The position numbers and the translations under genes are program-made. Below the pieces are notes generated by a model that saw only the letters and a program-made list of their open reading frames with translations, did no database searches and was not told where the DNA came from. This document shows, piece by piece, positions 1-10,421 of a DNA stretch of 64,000 nucleotides. The DNA comes from Patescibacteria group bacterium (GTDB lineage: Bacteria > Patescibacteriota > Dojkabacteria > J137). Location of the stretch: NCBI GenBank assembly GCA_016861265.1, contig BOLA01000001.1:934150-998149 (forward strand), given 5' to 3'. Every line of letters starts with the position of its first letter. Position 1 is the stretch's first letter.

Positions 1-159
1 TTGTGGGCAAAGGAAAATAATAAGCAATATATTTATCTTGGTTCCGTTATTGATAGCAAGGCCAAATATAAACTGCAATTTCAGGGTGTTGAATGGTTTA
101 ATACAGAATCCCAACTATGGAGCAATAATGTAGAGGAACTAAAATCTATAATTAATTAA
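1..159 (+). CDS. 3' end of a GNAT-fold protein resembling the arginyl/leucyl-tRNA-protein transferase C-terminal domain (partial)
   Basis: Frame 1 is open from base 1 to TAA at 157-159: LWAKENNKQYIYLGSVIDSKAKYKLQFQGVEWF. The YxYLG...YK..F...E pattern resembles ATE_C proteins. Confidence 0.5.
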   Translation: MWAKENNKQYIYLGSVIDSKAKYKLQFQGVEWFNTESQLWSNNVEELKSIIN

Positions 160-700
160 AGTTCTTAATTTTACTAAATAATTCGTTGAGTTTATTTAAC
201 TCATCTTCGGTGAATCTTCCAAGAACATAATCTGATCCGTTTATATTTTTTCTTAATTCATCTGTTCTATTATCAATTCCAATTCGTAATCGCCAGAATT
301 CAGTGGTAGAAAGTTTGTTTTCAATAGATAAAATTCCATTATGAACTTTGGGACCCTTATTAAACTGTAGTTTATATTCACCTAGTTTAATATCAAGATC
401 ATCGTGAGCGATTAAAATTTGTGAGGGATTAATTTTATAGAATTGAGCAATTGCAACCACTGCATCCCCACTGGAATTCATATATGTATTGGGTTTAGCC
501 AATAACAATTTATTATTGTCTATAACAACAGTAGAAATCTCGGACTTAAACTTAGTTTCGTTTAGAAATTGAATATTCCATGAATCTAAAAACAGAAAGC
601 CTGCGTTGTGTCTAGTTTTAAAGTAGTCCTTCCCTGGATTCCCCAGACCTACTATCAATTTAATATCGTTAATGTCGAATACCTTTTCCTGATTATTCAC
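152..700 (-). CDS. pth: Peptidyl-tRNA hydrolase
   Basis: LIVGLGNPG, TRHNAGF, KPNTYMNSSG, HDDLD, HNG and RLRIGI motifs. Confidence 0.97.
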   Translation of the reverse strand: MNNQEKVFDINDIKLIVGLGNPGKDYFKTRHNAGFLFLDSWNIQFLNETKFKSEISTVVIDNNKLLLAKPNTYMNSSGDAVVAIAQFYKINPSQILIAHDDLDIKLGEYKLQFNKGPKVHNGILSIENKLSTTEFWRLRIGIDNRTDELRKNINGSDYVLGRFTEDELNKLNELFSKIKNFN

Positions 701-1532
701 CTTGAAGCTTTGTAAGATTTATTAAATTTCTTAGTAGACAGGCAATTGTAATTGGTCCAATACCTCCTGGTACTGGTGTATATATTATGTTCAAATCATC
801 TTCATCTTTTATAAAATCTCCAACCACTTTGCCTTCAATTAACTTACTGGTAACATCTATTACTAATGTATTTTCACTTAACTGTGAAAATTTGTATAAA
901 TTTCCCTTTCCAGTTGCGCTTACAACTATATTGTTACTTTTTAATAGATTCTCAATGTTGTCACTGAATTCATTCGCAATTGTTACGGTACAACCTAAAG
1001 TAGATAGAATCATTGCTAATGGTTTACCTATTAAATCTGAGTTGTTAATTATTAAAACATTTGTTCCAGGTAAATCTTTGGAATAGGAGTTTTTTATGAC
1101 TTCAAGACAAGCATCTACAGTTGCTGGAAGTATTCCGTTCATTAGATCCTGTGAGTACAATCCAAAGTTAATTGCGGATAAACCGTCAACATCTTTTAAT
1201 GGATTTATTGAATTCAAGAGTCTGTGTTTGTAGGGGGCTAGTGATTCGTGTAATGGTAATTGAATTAATATTCCATTTACCGAAGAGTCGTTATTCAGAT
1301 TATTAATTTTAGTTAATACGTCTTCTATTTTGGAATTTTCCGAGAACTGAATAAGATCAGTTTTTATACCGAGCTCGATAGCCTTTTGCATTTTTAAAGA
1401 AATATACTTCTTACTGGACGAATCCGAGCCGGCATCTATTATGGCTAGTTTTACACTCTGCATTCTGCTTAGAGAATTTTTTATATCAGTGGTTATATCC
1501 TCAGCTATTTGTTTACATTCTACTTTTGTCAT
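693..1532 (-). CDS. folD: Bifunctional methylenetetrahydrofolate dehydrogenase/cyclohydrolase
   Basis: GILIQLPL, KDVDGL, GKPLA and TPVPGGIGPITIACL motifs. Confidence 0.95.
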   Translation of the reverse strand: MTKVECKQIAEDITTDIKNSLSRMQSVKLAIIDAGSDSSSKKYISLKMQKAIELGIKTDLIQFSENSKIEDVLTKINNLNNDSSVNGILIQLPLHESLAPYKHRLLNSINPLKDVDGLSAINFGLYSQDLMNGILPATVDACLEVIKNSYSKDLPGTNVLIINNSDLIGKPLAMILSTLGCTVTIANEFSDNIENLLKSNNIVVSATGKGNLYKFSQLSENTLVIDVTSKLIEGKVVGDFIKDEDDLNIIYTPVPGGIGPITIACLLRNLINLTKLQGE

Positions 1533-1619
1533 ATTTTGATTTTAACACTTGCTAGTTGTAATAGAAATCTTAACCTACAGATATGTGATTAATATTTTGC
1601 TGGAGAAGGAATTAGCTTT

Positions 1620-1647
1620 GAGCGGCGAAGTTAAAACTTCGCCGCTC
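1620..1647. repeat. Perfect palindrome downstream of the orphan gene 1676-2539
   Basis: GAGCGGCGAAGTT-AA-AACTTCGCCGCTC, no T-tract. Confidence 0.85.
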
Positions 1648-1675
1648 GGCACATTTGCACTAACTATCAGATCGG

Positions 1676-2539
1676 TTATTCACAACCTACAACGGTTAAA
1701 GAGGCATCTCCCGCGTTAATAGATGCATTCGTGACAAAACTTGTGACCGCCGAAGTTGTCATGTATTCAGTCCACCCTGCTTCTATACCGCGTGCAACCA
1801 TTGCAACACTTATCTCCTCAAACCACTTTCCAACTTTTGAATCAACCTGAAGTTGTGTAGAAGTTGAGAAGCTTTGTAATGAGGAAGTAAGCAAAAGTGT
1901 GCCTGCCGTATTAAAGATCGGGAGAATGTAAACATTCCCGAATGTATATATTCCCGGCAGAGTGACCGAATTAATGCGTGGACGGTTCAAGACTGTGCAA
2001 TTGGTATCGACTGCATTTGAAAATGCCTCACCGGTCATTTCACCGTTAAAGGCTTCTACGTCACTTACGCAGTCGAATACCACCATCATCTGCGGTGCAT
2101 TTACTGTATCCACAGAGAACACAAAATCGGTGTCTGCTTCAACAGTATTGACCGAAGATACTGTAAAGGTCTTTGCCACAAAATCAGCTTTGCCCCGATA
2201 CAGTGTAAAACCATAGGTTTCCGAATGTAATGTTACCTGCCCTGTTGCACCACTCAGCGAGAATGCAAGCCACTTACTCAAATATAGGTAGTAGCGAGCA
2301 GAAACTCCTTGACGAGTGGTTGTGAAGAAATTCACCTCGCAACGATTTGGGGTGGGAGTAACATCTCCTTGTGCCTGCAACACGAGCTGTTGCGAAGCAG
2401 CTACTTCTGTTGGCTGAACCTGTTGTGTAAGCGCCGAATCCAGCGTTGGCGATGGTTCGTCCTGTGCACCTACAATAACAAAGGACAACATGAGTGGCAG
2501 AATCGCCAAAAGCACCGATAGCACTACAGCTCTCTTCAT
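1676..2539 (-). CDS. Secreted hypothetical protein (signal peptide ending AQD), distant paralog of 11126-12220
   Basis: GGAG SD before ATG, hydrophobic N-terminus, shared Cys-bracketed domain (PNRCEVNFF...MMVVFDCVS). Confidence 0.8.
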   Translation of the reverse strand: MKRAVVLSVLLAILPLMLSFVIVGAQDEPSPTLDSALTQQVQPTEVAASQQLVLQAQGDVTPTPNRCEVNFFTTTRQGVSARYYLYLSKWLAFSLSGATGQVTLHSETYGFTLYRGKADFVAKTFTVSSVNTVEADTDFVFSVDTVNAPQMMVVFDCVSDVEAFNGEMTGEAFSNAVDTNCTVLNRPRINSVTLPGIYTFGNVYILPIFNTAGTLLLTSSLQSFSTSTQLQVDSKVGKWFEEISVAMVARGIEAGWTEYMTTSAVTSFVTNASINAGDASLTVVGCE

Positions 2540-2575
2540 TTATATAGCTCCGTGATTTCACTGACTCTCGATAGT

Positions 2576-2620
2576 TGTAGTCAGCTGAATAACTTAATAA
2601 AAATCATTCAGCTGACTACA
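2576..2620 (-). promoter_or_regulatory. 15-bp hairpin in the 5' UTR of 1676-2539
   Basis: TGTAGTCAGCTGAAT...ATTCAGCTGACTACA, lying between a minus-strand TATAAT (2669-2674) and the start codon. Confidence 0.6.
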
Positions 2621-2698
2621 CGTGTTAATGTGCGTTATCAATTATTAGTAACAATAACTGGTTCTGGGATTATATCGCGATTGAATGATAAAGCATAG

Positions 2699-2725
2699 TT
2701 TAGGTGAGGATTTACCTCACCTAAA
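2699..2725 (-). terminator. Hairpin immediately after the HtrA gene
   Basis: TTTAGGTGAGG-ATTTA-CCTCACCTAAA. Confidence 0.6.
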
Positions 2726-2727
2726 GT

Positions 2728-3909
2728 TTATTCTTGTAATATTACTTTTACTTCTATCTCTTCTGTAGCACGTAAGAGCTTAAGTGTAACTTCGTCTCCT
2801 ACTCTATAACCTTGAATTACCACATTTAATGGTCTATTCTCTGTAAGTTTCTCCCCATCTACTTCAAGTATAATGTCACCTTCCTTTAAACCAGCCTTTT
2901 GTGCAGCACTATCGGGAACAATTGCTGGATCCCCTGCTAGTGAACCTTTGACAATTAGAGCACCAGTATCCACAGTTAGATTATTACTCTTCTTTAGATC
3001 CTCATCTATCATTCTGAATCTCACACCCAGTTTAGGTCTTAAGATCTTTCCGTCAGTATTTAATCTCTGTAGTAGTTCAACAACTACATTGGATGGTATT
3101 GCAAAACCAATTCCGTTTGCATCACTTGCTACAGCAACATTCACCCCGACAACATTACCACTTAAATCCAATAACGGTCCGCCAGAGTTTCCAGAGTTAA
3201 TACTAGCATCTGTTTGAATTACATCGTAGAGTTGTTCAGCTGAACCGCCCAATCTATCGGTTGCAGTTATGTTTCTGCCAAGTCCCGAAACAATTCCTGA
3301 ACTTACTGTATTACTGAATTCACCAAGTGCATTACCTATAGCTACAACAGTTTGCCCAACTTTTATTTGGGATGAGTCCCCAAAATTTAGTGGAATTAAA
3401 TTATTAGCTTCAATTTTTAGAAATGCAATATCCAACAAAGTGTCTTTTGCAAGAACTGTAGCTGCATATTTTTGCCCATCATTTAAAACAACTGTGTACT
3501 CAGCCTTTTCTTCGTCAACTACATGTCTGTTTGTAATAATCATTCCATCTTCACTGATAATAAAACCTGTTCCTGCTGCTACTTCCTGAAGCTTATCGGC
3601 ATCTGTTGAATTGTCAGTATTGTTATCTGGTAAGCCAAAGTATCTTAGAAATGGATCTGATCTTAGATTCTCAATGTCTGATACATGTTGAGATACGACA
3701 ATACTTACAACAGAATTCGATGATTTATTTGCAACATCTATTACTGCTTCTTCTTGATTTGTAACCTGTAATTGATTAACAATGCCGCCCGTTAAGGTAT
3801 TCACGGTTGCATTCGATAATCTTGCCCCGACTATACCTCCAAATAAACCAGCACAGCATGCCAGTAGAACAGTACCGCAACTAAAAACTATAAGACCTAA
3901 TTTACGCAT
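2728..3909 (-). CDS. htrA: HtrA/DegP-family serine protease with PDZ domain
   Basis: GTGFII, TNRHVV, DIAFLKI, IQTDASINSGNSGGPL; C-terminal PDZ; N-terminal TM segment. Confidence 0.95.
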   Translation of the reverse strand: MRKLGLIVFSCGTVLLACCAGLFGGIVGARLSNATVNTLTGGIVNQLQVTNQEEAVIDVANKSSNSVVSIVVSQHVSDIENLRSDPFLRYFGLPDNNTDNSTDADKLQEVAAGTGFIISEDGMIITNRHVVDEEKAEYTVVLNDGQKYAATVLAKDTLLDIAFLKIEANNLIPLNFGDSSQIKVGQTVVAIGNALGEFSNTVSSGIVSGLGRNITATDRLGGSAEQLYDVIQTDASINSGNSGGPLLDLSGNVVGVNVAVASDANGIGFAIPSNVVVELLQRLNTDGKILRPKLGVRFRMIDEDLKKSNNLTVDTGALIVKGSLAGDPAIVPDSAAQKAGLKEGDIILEVDGEKLTENRPLNVVIQGYRVGDEVTLKLLRATEEIEVKVILQE

Positions 3910-4006
3910 AATTAAATAGTAATATTTATAAGCAATTAAAATTCTATTCCTGTTTTATGAATTTTTTATGAAAATAAATTCTTGGCAATAACATTAGCAA
4001 ACATTA

Positions 4007-4723
4007 CTATCTTCGTTTTCCGGTTATGCTCAATACTCTTATGAATAGATTTACAAAATCCAGATAAAGTTGAAGAGCACCTATAATGGCATATCTTCCA
4101 TAACCTTGCCCACTTGCCTCTGCCTCGGCAGCCAGTCTTTTTAAAGCATTTGCATCGGAAGCAATTAATACACTGAATATAATTACCACAACATAATTTA
4201 ATATTGCATTAAGACCATTAAACAATGGCGAGTTAAGCAACAACAAAACCAAATTAACAATACTAACCAGAATTACTCCAAACAGTGCAAATAAGGCGAC
4301 TGCTTGCCATCTGCTTAAATCCTTTTTAGTTACTAATCCATATACAGCAAGCACTAAAAACATTAGCGAAGATATACCGAAGGCAACAAATAGTGAACTT
4401 ACTGTGTAATTAATTGCAATTATTCCTACGGTCAAACCACTTATTAATGAATAAACAATGAATAAAATACTTGCCAGCGCAGCATTTAAACGTCTACCAA
4501 GTGCGGATAATACAACCACTAGAATTAGCTGAACTATTAAGACTGGAAAAAATAAAACTGAAAAAAGTACTAATAGTTGTGCTGATTGAGAACTTAAAAT
4601 ATTAATAATAAATGCGATTACACCAGTTAGAAATACTCCGATAGTCATCCAGCCGAATACCTGTGCTGTAAAGGTACCATTGGCAGCTACAACAGATCTG
4701 TTATCTAAATACGAATTTTCCAT
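4007..4723 (-). CDS. Bax inhibitor-1/YccA family membrane protein
   Basis: Seven TM segments, C-terminal GALQLYLDFVNLF motif. Confidence 0.9.
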   Translation of the reverse strand: MENSYLDNRSVVAANGTFTAQVFGWMTIGVFLTGVIAFIINILSSQSAQLLVLFSVLFFPVLIVQLILVVVLSALGRRLNAALASILFIVYSLISGLTVGIIAINYTVSSLFVAFGISSLMFLVLAVYGLVTKKDLSRWQAVALFALFGVILVSIVNLVLLLLNSPLFNGLNAILNYVVVIIFSVLIASDANALKRLAAEAEASGQGYGRYAIIGALQLYLDFVNLFIRVLSITGKRR

Positions 4724-4784
4724 TGAATTCTAATAACAAATAATTATTAATATTATACATCTACAGTACCTTAATTATGCGCAC

Positions 4785-5858
4785 TTACTTAGTCGGTTTC
4801 TCATCCTCCTGTAATGGGTGAAAGTCATGGTGCGATTTTTCAGCAAACTTATCTGAGGCATGAACATACCTAGAAGTTGTTTGTAAGGAAGAGTGACCTA
4901 ATAATCTTTGAATTGCTACGGGACTTGCGCCTTCTTCGGCAATATATGTGGCAAAGCCATGCCTAAGGCTGTGGGCAGATGTTGGAACAATTATTCCAAG
5001 CCTAGTTCTGTATTCTTTAATCTTCATTTGAATGTAATTTTGAGAAAGTCTTATTAGATAGGGATTATTGGTCGCTTTTCGTGTACCCTTGGTTGGAACG
5101 AACATTGCAGGAAACTCATCAGTTCTATCTTTCAAGTATTCTTCTAAGAATTCCTTAGCTCTATGGGTAAGGTATACGAACCTTTGTTTCTTACCTTTAC
5201 CTAGTATATAAATTCTATCGTCTACTACTCTCCCATCTTGAAATTTAATCTGTTCCCGATTCAAATTTACTACCTCAGAAATTCTCATACCTGTGGAAAA
5301 TATCAATTCCAGTATTGCCCTATTTCTTATTTTTACAATTGGATCTTCTTCAAAGTGAGTTGGGCATTCAATTAAATCTACAAGCTCATTAAATTCAGCA
5401 ACCTGCTTTTCTTTCTTCTCAGCCTTAATTAATTTTATTGCAGACGGAGCAATTGGTGATGGTTTATCGAAATCCACCAAAAAAGTTAAATAAGATCTTA
5501 ATGCTGAAAGCATTCTGTTTACACTATTATCTGATAACTGACCCTTGTACATAGCCTTTTTTACCTCCGAAATATTATTTTGTGACTCTTCAATATCGGC
5601 CTGTGTTAACTCCATATTCTCTTTGTATTTATGAAGAATGGGAATATAATTTTGTTCTCGTAGAAATCCTTTATATTCGCTAATTGTCAGCTTATCAATT
5701 TTGCTAAATGGAGTTTCAATGTAGTATAAAAATGCTGAGAAAATTTCTAGGTCTCGACCGTAGTTATCTAATGTTTCCTTTGAATAGTTATTATTCTTAA
5801 GATTAAGTAAATATTCTCTTAGAAAGTCTAATTTGTAAGGGTTAGAAATATCGGTCAT
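4785..5858 (-). CDS. XerC/XerD-like tyrosine recombinase
   Basis: N-terminal YSKETLDNYGRDL; catalytic TGMRISE, GKGKKQR, HSLRHGFAT, LLGHSSLQTTSRY. Confidence 0.93.
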   Translation of the reverse strand: MTDISNPYKLDFLREYLLNLKNNNYSKETLDNYGRDLEIFSAFLYYIETPFSKIDKLTISEYKGFLREQNYIPILHKYKENMELTQADIEESQNNISEVKKAMYKGQLSDNSVNRMLSALRSYLTFLVDFDKPSPIAPSAIKLIKAEKKEKQVAEFNELVDLIECPTHFEEDPIVKIRNRAILELIFSTGMRISEVVNLNREQIKFQDGRVVDDRIYILGKGKKQRFVYLTHRAKEFLEEYLKDRTDEFPAMFVPTKGTRKATNNPYLIRLSQNYIQMKIKEYRTRLGIIVPTSAHSLRHGFATYIAEEGASPVAIQRLLGHSSLQTTSRYVHASDKFAEKSHHDFHPLQEDEKPTK

Positions 5859-5937
5859 GTTTATATAATACAGTACAAACTTAATATTCTAAATAGTAAG
5901 TCTTGCGTGTATTAACATTAATTGCAATAATCACCAT

Positions 5938-7485
5938 ATGAAATTACCTACAGCAATAAAAATACCCAAATTTGTAAAATTACTTATTTTAGGTCTGATA
6001 ATAGTTGGCTTTTTAAGTAGATTACTAGGAGCTTTTATAGATCCTGATATGTGGTGGCATATTAAACTAGGCGGAGATATTATAAATGGGCAGTGGGTTA
6101 ATACCTTAACATTTACTTGTACTGACTATATATGGATAAACCATTCATGGTTATCCGATGTTCTAATCTATCAGATTAATACTCTGCTGGGTTTTCAAGG
6201 GTTAGCAATTTTCTTCGCATTAATTTTTTCTGGAGGAATTCTATTCAGCTTACTTTCTTTGAAACTTGTTTTAAAGCAGTACAAAATTAAGAATTCCGTA
6301 CTGAGTACTTTACTATACATAGCCTTCTTTACTTTACTCTTAAGTTCATTTATAGCAATAAGACCGCAGGTCTTTACCTTCCTGTTCTTTAATGCCTTAA
6401 TATTTTTCTTACTTAAATTTTACTATGCAAAATCAGTAAGGTTTATTTCTTTAATTCCATTCTCGTTGTTTTTTATATTGTGGGTAAACTTGCATGGAGG
6501 ATTTGTTATAGGCATTGTATTGACTGGTATATTCATTACTGCAATATTTTTTGAATTCCTTTTTAAACTATTTAACAGGCAGCAGGAAGAAGCCAAGCTA
6601 CTCCTAAGTAAAATTAAGTATTTATTTGTATTTATAATCATTTTTCTTATATCAAGTCTTATTAATCCATTCGGATTAGATTTATGGAAGGAAATATTTA
6701 CACTTGTATTGGGCAGCAATAATGCCAACTTTATTACAGAATGGAAGTCCATAAACATTAAAGATTCTTATGGTTTATTCTATTTTATGTTATTTGTAGG
6801 AACGCTACTTCTGCAGATTGTAAATAAAAGTAGCAACCTATTAAGATTACTGATGGTTGTAGGTCTTGGATTGCTCTCACTTTATTCAATTCGTTATATC
6901 CTTCCTGTAAGCGGAATAGTCCTTCTAGTCCTGTTTATAGAAGCCAATATTCTATTCGAATGGCTTTTAAATAAAATCTTAACAAAGGATAAAGATATTT
7001 TAAGACTTTTAGCTATTCTTAAATATGTATTGGTAATTACAATTGCATTGGTTTCGGCCATGAGCGGTTATATAGGAATCGCATTCTTTACCACTTTGAA
7101 TAATACTAACGAGGCTGCGGATTTGCTCTACCCGACAAAAGCCAAGGATTTTCTAGAAGAAAATAAAGATGAATATTCAAATCTAAGATTCTACAACACT
7201 TATGTGTGGGGCGGATATCTTGAATATACCCTCCCGGATTACAAATGGATAATAGATGGAAGAATGCCTGAATGGCACTGCAAGGGTATGGTTAGAAGCA
7301 GTATTATGCTGGATTACATCGAGGTAGAAGATCTAGGCTCAAACTGGAATTTGGTCTTAGAGAAACAGAATATTAGTGGCTTGATTATAAAAACAAATAG
7401 TATTTTGTATAATGTTATTAATACAAGCAGCAACTGGAATAAAGTATACACCGATGAAACTGCAACAATATTTATTAGAAATTAA
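5938..7485 (+). CDS. Polytopic membrane protein, probable GT-C glycosyltransferase
   Basis: DPDMWWHI luminal motif, RPQ, LWVNLHGGF, INPFG, WGGYL and IDGR motifs; many TM helices. Confidence 0.7.
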   Translation: MKLPTAIKIPKFVKLLILGLIIVGFLSRLLGAFIDPDMWWHIKLGGDIINGQWVNTLTFTCTDYIWINHSWLSDVLIYQINTLLGFQGLAIFFALIFSGGILFSLLSLKLVLKQYKIKNSVLSTLLYIAFFTLLLSSFIAIRPQVFTFLFFNALIFFLLKFYYAKSVRFISLIPFSLFFILWVNLHGGFVIGIVLTGIFITAIFFEFLFKLFNRQQEEAKLLLSKIKYLFVFIIIFLISSLINPFGLDLWKEIFTLVLGSNNANFITEWKSINIKDSYGLFYFMLFVGTLLLQIVNKSSNLLRLLMVVGLGLLSLYSIRYILPVSGIVLLVLFIEANILFEWLLNKILTKDKDILRLLAILKYVLVITIALVSAMSGYIGIAFFTTLNNTNEAADLLYPTKAKDFLEENKDEYSNLRFYNTYVWGGYLEYTLPDYKWIIDGRMPEWHCKGMVRSSIMLDYIEVEDLGSNWNLVLEKQNISGLIIKTNSILYNVINTSSNWNKVYTDETATIFIRN

Positions 7486-7495
7486 TGGAGCTCAC

Positions 7496-8839
7496 ATGTT
7501 GAACACACAGTTAAAAACAATATTAGATTTTGAATATAATAGGCAACATAATACGCTAGACTTGATTGCTTCCGAAAACTATACATCCAAAGCGGTAAGG
7601 GAAGCGGTAGGCTCGATATTTATGCACAAATACTCAGAAGGATATCCTGGAGCGCGTTATTACGAAGGTAATGAATATATTGATCAGCTTGAGATATTGG
7701 CAATAAATCTTGTTAAAAAAGTGTTTGAGTTACCACAAGATTGGGGAGCAAATGTACAGCCTCTAGCTGGTTCAAATGCAAATCTAGCTGTTTACAATGC
7801 AATTCTTAACCCTGGAGATAAAATTTTAAGTATGTATTTACCAGATGGAGGGCACTTGAGTCACGGTTGGAGCTACGGAACAAAGGAGGAAAAAGCCAAT
7901 GAGGATGTGAATTCTCCACTATATAGAGGCGGAAGCCGAAAAGTAAATATTGTATCAAAGTTCTTTAATGTTGTTCAGTATAAGACTGATCCCTCAACTT
8001 TTCTAATTGATTACGATAAACTTGAGCAGCTTGCCCTACAGGAGAAACCCAAGTTAATTATTACGGGTGGAACAGCTTATGTAAGGAATATTGATTACAA
8101 AAGGGTTGCTGAGATAGCAAAAAAGGTAGGTGCATATTACTTGGCAGACGTAGCGCATGAGGCAGGTTTAATTGCGGGCAAGGTTTTAGAAAGTCCAATC
8201 GGTATTGCTCATGCAGTTACCTTTACAACACATAAAACACTAAGAGGACCAAAGGGTGCAGTAATTTGTGCTAATCAAGGCATTATTGAGAAAATAAACA
8301 AATCTATTATGCCTGGACTTCAAGGTGGTCCACATAATGGAACGATTGCTGGTATTACGCAATGTTTATTCGAAGCAGATACCGAAGAATTTAGACAATA
8401 CTCGGCTCAAATTTTGGTTAATGCGAAAGTATTAGCTCAGGAGCTGACAGCAAATGGCTTTAATCTTATTACAGGCGGCACCGATAAGCATGCTATCTTA
8501 ATAGATTTAACAAATAAGAGTATTGGGGGAAAATTTGCCTCAATAGCCCTTAATGCAGCCGGGATAGTAACAAATATGAATACTATTCCTTACGAAACTA
8601 AATCCCCAATAAATCCTTCGGGACTTAGACTGGGCACACCATCAGTAACAACAAGAGGCTTTAAAGAAGAACAAATGAAACTAGTTGCAGAGTATATAAA
8701 TAAGGTAATTGATATAGCAAGTGAAGTAGATAATTCAAGTGTAGAGGCCTTTAGGGAATTGGTAAGTTCGAATTCACAAATAAAAGCCATTAAACAAAAG
8801 ATAATGGACTTGTGTACTCAGTTCCCATTGGGTGAATAA
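7496..8839 (+). CDS. glyA: Serine hydroxymethyltransferase
   Basis: LIASENY, YSEGYPGARYY, GGHLSHG, TTHKTLRGP, SGLRLGTP; GGAG precedes ATG 7496. Confidence 0.97.
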   Translation: MLNTQLKTILDFEYNRQHNTLDLIASENYTSKAVREAVGSIFMHKYSEGYPGARYYEGNEYIDQLEILAINLVKKVFELPQDWGANVQPLAGSNANLAVYNAILNPGDKILSMYLPDGGHLSHGWSYGTKEEKANEDVNSPLYRGGSRKVNIVSKFFNVVQYKTDPSTFLIDYDKLEQLALQEKPKLIITGGTAYVRNIDYKRVAEIAKKVGAYYLADVAHEAGLIAGKVLESPIGIAHAVTFTTHKTLRGPKGAVICANQGIIEKINKSIMPGLQGGPHNGTIAGITQCLFEADTEEFRQYSAQILVNAKVLAQELTANGFNLITGGTDKHAILIDLTNKSIGGKFASIALNAAGIVTNMNTIPYETKSPINPSGLRLGTPSVTTRGFKEEQMKLVAEYINKVIDIASEVDNSSVEAFRELVSSNSQIKAIKQKIMDLCTQFPLGE

Positions 8840-8901
8840 AGCCATTTTTAAGGCTTAAATTAAATGCTATTATATTTTGATTCTATTAGTTAATTATTTT
8901 T

Positions 8902-9609
8902 ATGAAGTTAACATCACTTTCTATAATATTGCCTTGCTACAACGAAGAAGAAAATGTAGAGAAAGTAATCAGGGCAGCTGATGCCGTTTGTCAAAAGGTG
9001 GCCGAAGATTACGAAATCCTAATTATAAACGACGGTAGTAAGGACCGAACTGAAGAAATTGCCAGTGGATTAACAGGTGAATTTCCTAAATTGGTTGTTA
9101 TAACTCAGGCGAATAAAGGATATGGGGGAGCAATTAAGAAAGGGTTTGAAAGCGCTTCAAAAGACTGGGTCTTTTTTACAGATTCAGATTTGCAATTTGA
9201 CTTGAACGAATTAGAATCTTTTATACCCTACTCCAGTGAATATAATTTTATATTTGGTTATAGAATAAAAAGAGCCGATAAATTTCATAGAATTTTAATA
9301 GCTAAAATGCTTAAGGTTTGGAATCGAATTCTACTAGGATTCCCATTGTATATTAAGGACATAGACTGTGCCTTTAAACTAATGAAAAGAGAAGACTTCT
9401 TGAGCATTTTTCCATTAGTTGTAGATGGAGGTCTTATAAACACAGAATTCATTTTGAAGATTCATAGAAAGGGTTATAAGATTAAACAAATCGGGGTTCA
9501 TCATTATCCGAGAGTTGCCGGTAATCCTACTGGATCTAACGTAGGCGTAATTATGAAAGCGGTAAGGGAGACTTTTAAACTTCGAAAAATGCTTGCTTCT
9601 CAAAAATAA
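8902..9609 (+). CDS. Glycosyltransferase family 2 (DPM1-like)
   Basis: IILPCYNEE, NDGSKDRT, NKGYGGA, TDSDLQ, DIDCAFKL. Confidence 0.92.
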   Translation: MKLTSLSIILPCYNEEENVEKVIRAADAVCQKVAEDYEILIINDGSKDRTEEIASGLTGEFPKLVVITQANKGYGGAIKKGFESASKDWVFFTDSDLQFDLNELESFIPYSSEYNFIFGYRIKRADKFHRILIAKMLKVWNRILLGFPLYIKDIDCAFKLMKREDFLSIFPLVVDGGLINTEFILKIHRKGYKIKQIGVHHYPRVAGNPTGSNVGVIMKAVRETFKLRKMLASQK

Positions 9610-9640
9610 TATATATTCGCTAAATATTCGATAATTGCAT

Positions 9641-9665
9641 AAGTGCCTGGACAAGGCACTTTTTT
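9641..9665 (+). terminator. Rho-independent terminator
   Basis: AAGTGCCT-GGACA-AGGCACTT followed by a T-run. Confidence 0.75.
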
Positions 9666-9741
9666 GTTTGTACTGGTTGTAAAAAATAAATTGAACATGT
9701 ATAATGTAGTAGTTATATATAAATTTTAATATATACAACCT

Positions 9742-10356
9742 ATGATAAATATAATCTCAAAACTTAATATTTTTGTTGGTGTACTGTTGATAACAATAAC
9801 TCCGACATACTTCTATGTTTCGGCTCAACTGCAGCCTACTATTATTACGTCTAATTCATTGCCAGTAACTCAAACAGAAAGGGAAAGCAATATTCTAGAC
9901 GGTAATTTAGGTATTAGGGGTAATCTTGGCGGTGCTAATACGCTTAAGGCTATTAAGGTAACTGGAGATGGGCATGTAAAAATTGAATCGATCGGTATCG
10001 ATGCCAAAATTTACGAGGGTGCAGATTCCTCGGCTCTTGAGAAAGGGATTTGGAGAATGCCTGAGCATGGTACTCCAGACAATCAAGTTAGTGATCAACC
10101 TGTGGTATTGGCAGGACATAGATGGGGGCAAAATGACTTTACTTATGAGTACAGATCTAAGAACCTATTCTTAAATCTTCCTAGTTTAAGTAGAGGTGAT
10201 GTAATTGAAGTTACTTGGAATGGAGTTACTTATAAGTATGCAGTTACAGATGTTCAAAAGAACAATTATGTAGAAAAGTTGTCCGACTTGATCCTTATTA
10301 CTTGTGTTGATTACGTGTCAACAACTAGATACTTTGTATACGCTGAAAGAATCTAA
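9742..10356 (+). CDS. Sortase
   Basis: N-terminal TM; catalytic H (LAGHR), C (LITC) and R (TTRY); TTGTAA-17-TATAAT promoter at 9677-9705. Confidence 0.9.
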   Translation: MINIISKLNIFVGVLLITITPTYFYVSAQLQPTIITSNSLPVTQTERESNILDGNLGIRGNLGGANTLKAIKVTGDGHVKIESIGIDAKIYEGADSSALEKGIWRMPEHGTPDNQVSDQPVVLAGHRWGQNDFTYEYRSKNLFLNLPSLSRGDVIEVTWNGVTYKYAVTDVQKNNYVEKLSDLILITCVDYVSTTRYFVYAERI

Positions 10357-10362
10357 TAGATA

Positions 10363-10391
10363 TTGACTTTTTTATATACTCAAGATATAAT
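10363..10391 (+). promoter_or_regulatory. Sigma70-type promoter
   Basis: TTGACT-17 nt-TATAAT. Confidence 0.75.
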
Positions 10392-10421
10392 AAATATATA
10401 ACTTTTAATATAACTATATAT

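Noticed and set aside
4785-5858. Integron integrase with attC array
   Set aside because: No IntI-specific insertion is visible, the palindromes lack consistent RYYYAAC/GTTRRRY boxes, and the cassettes are dispersed with their own promoters.
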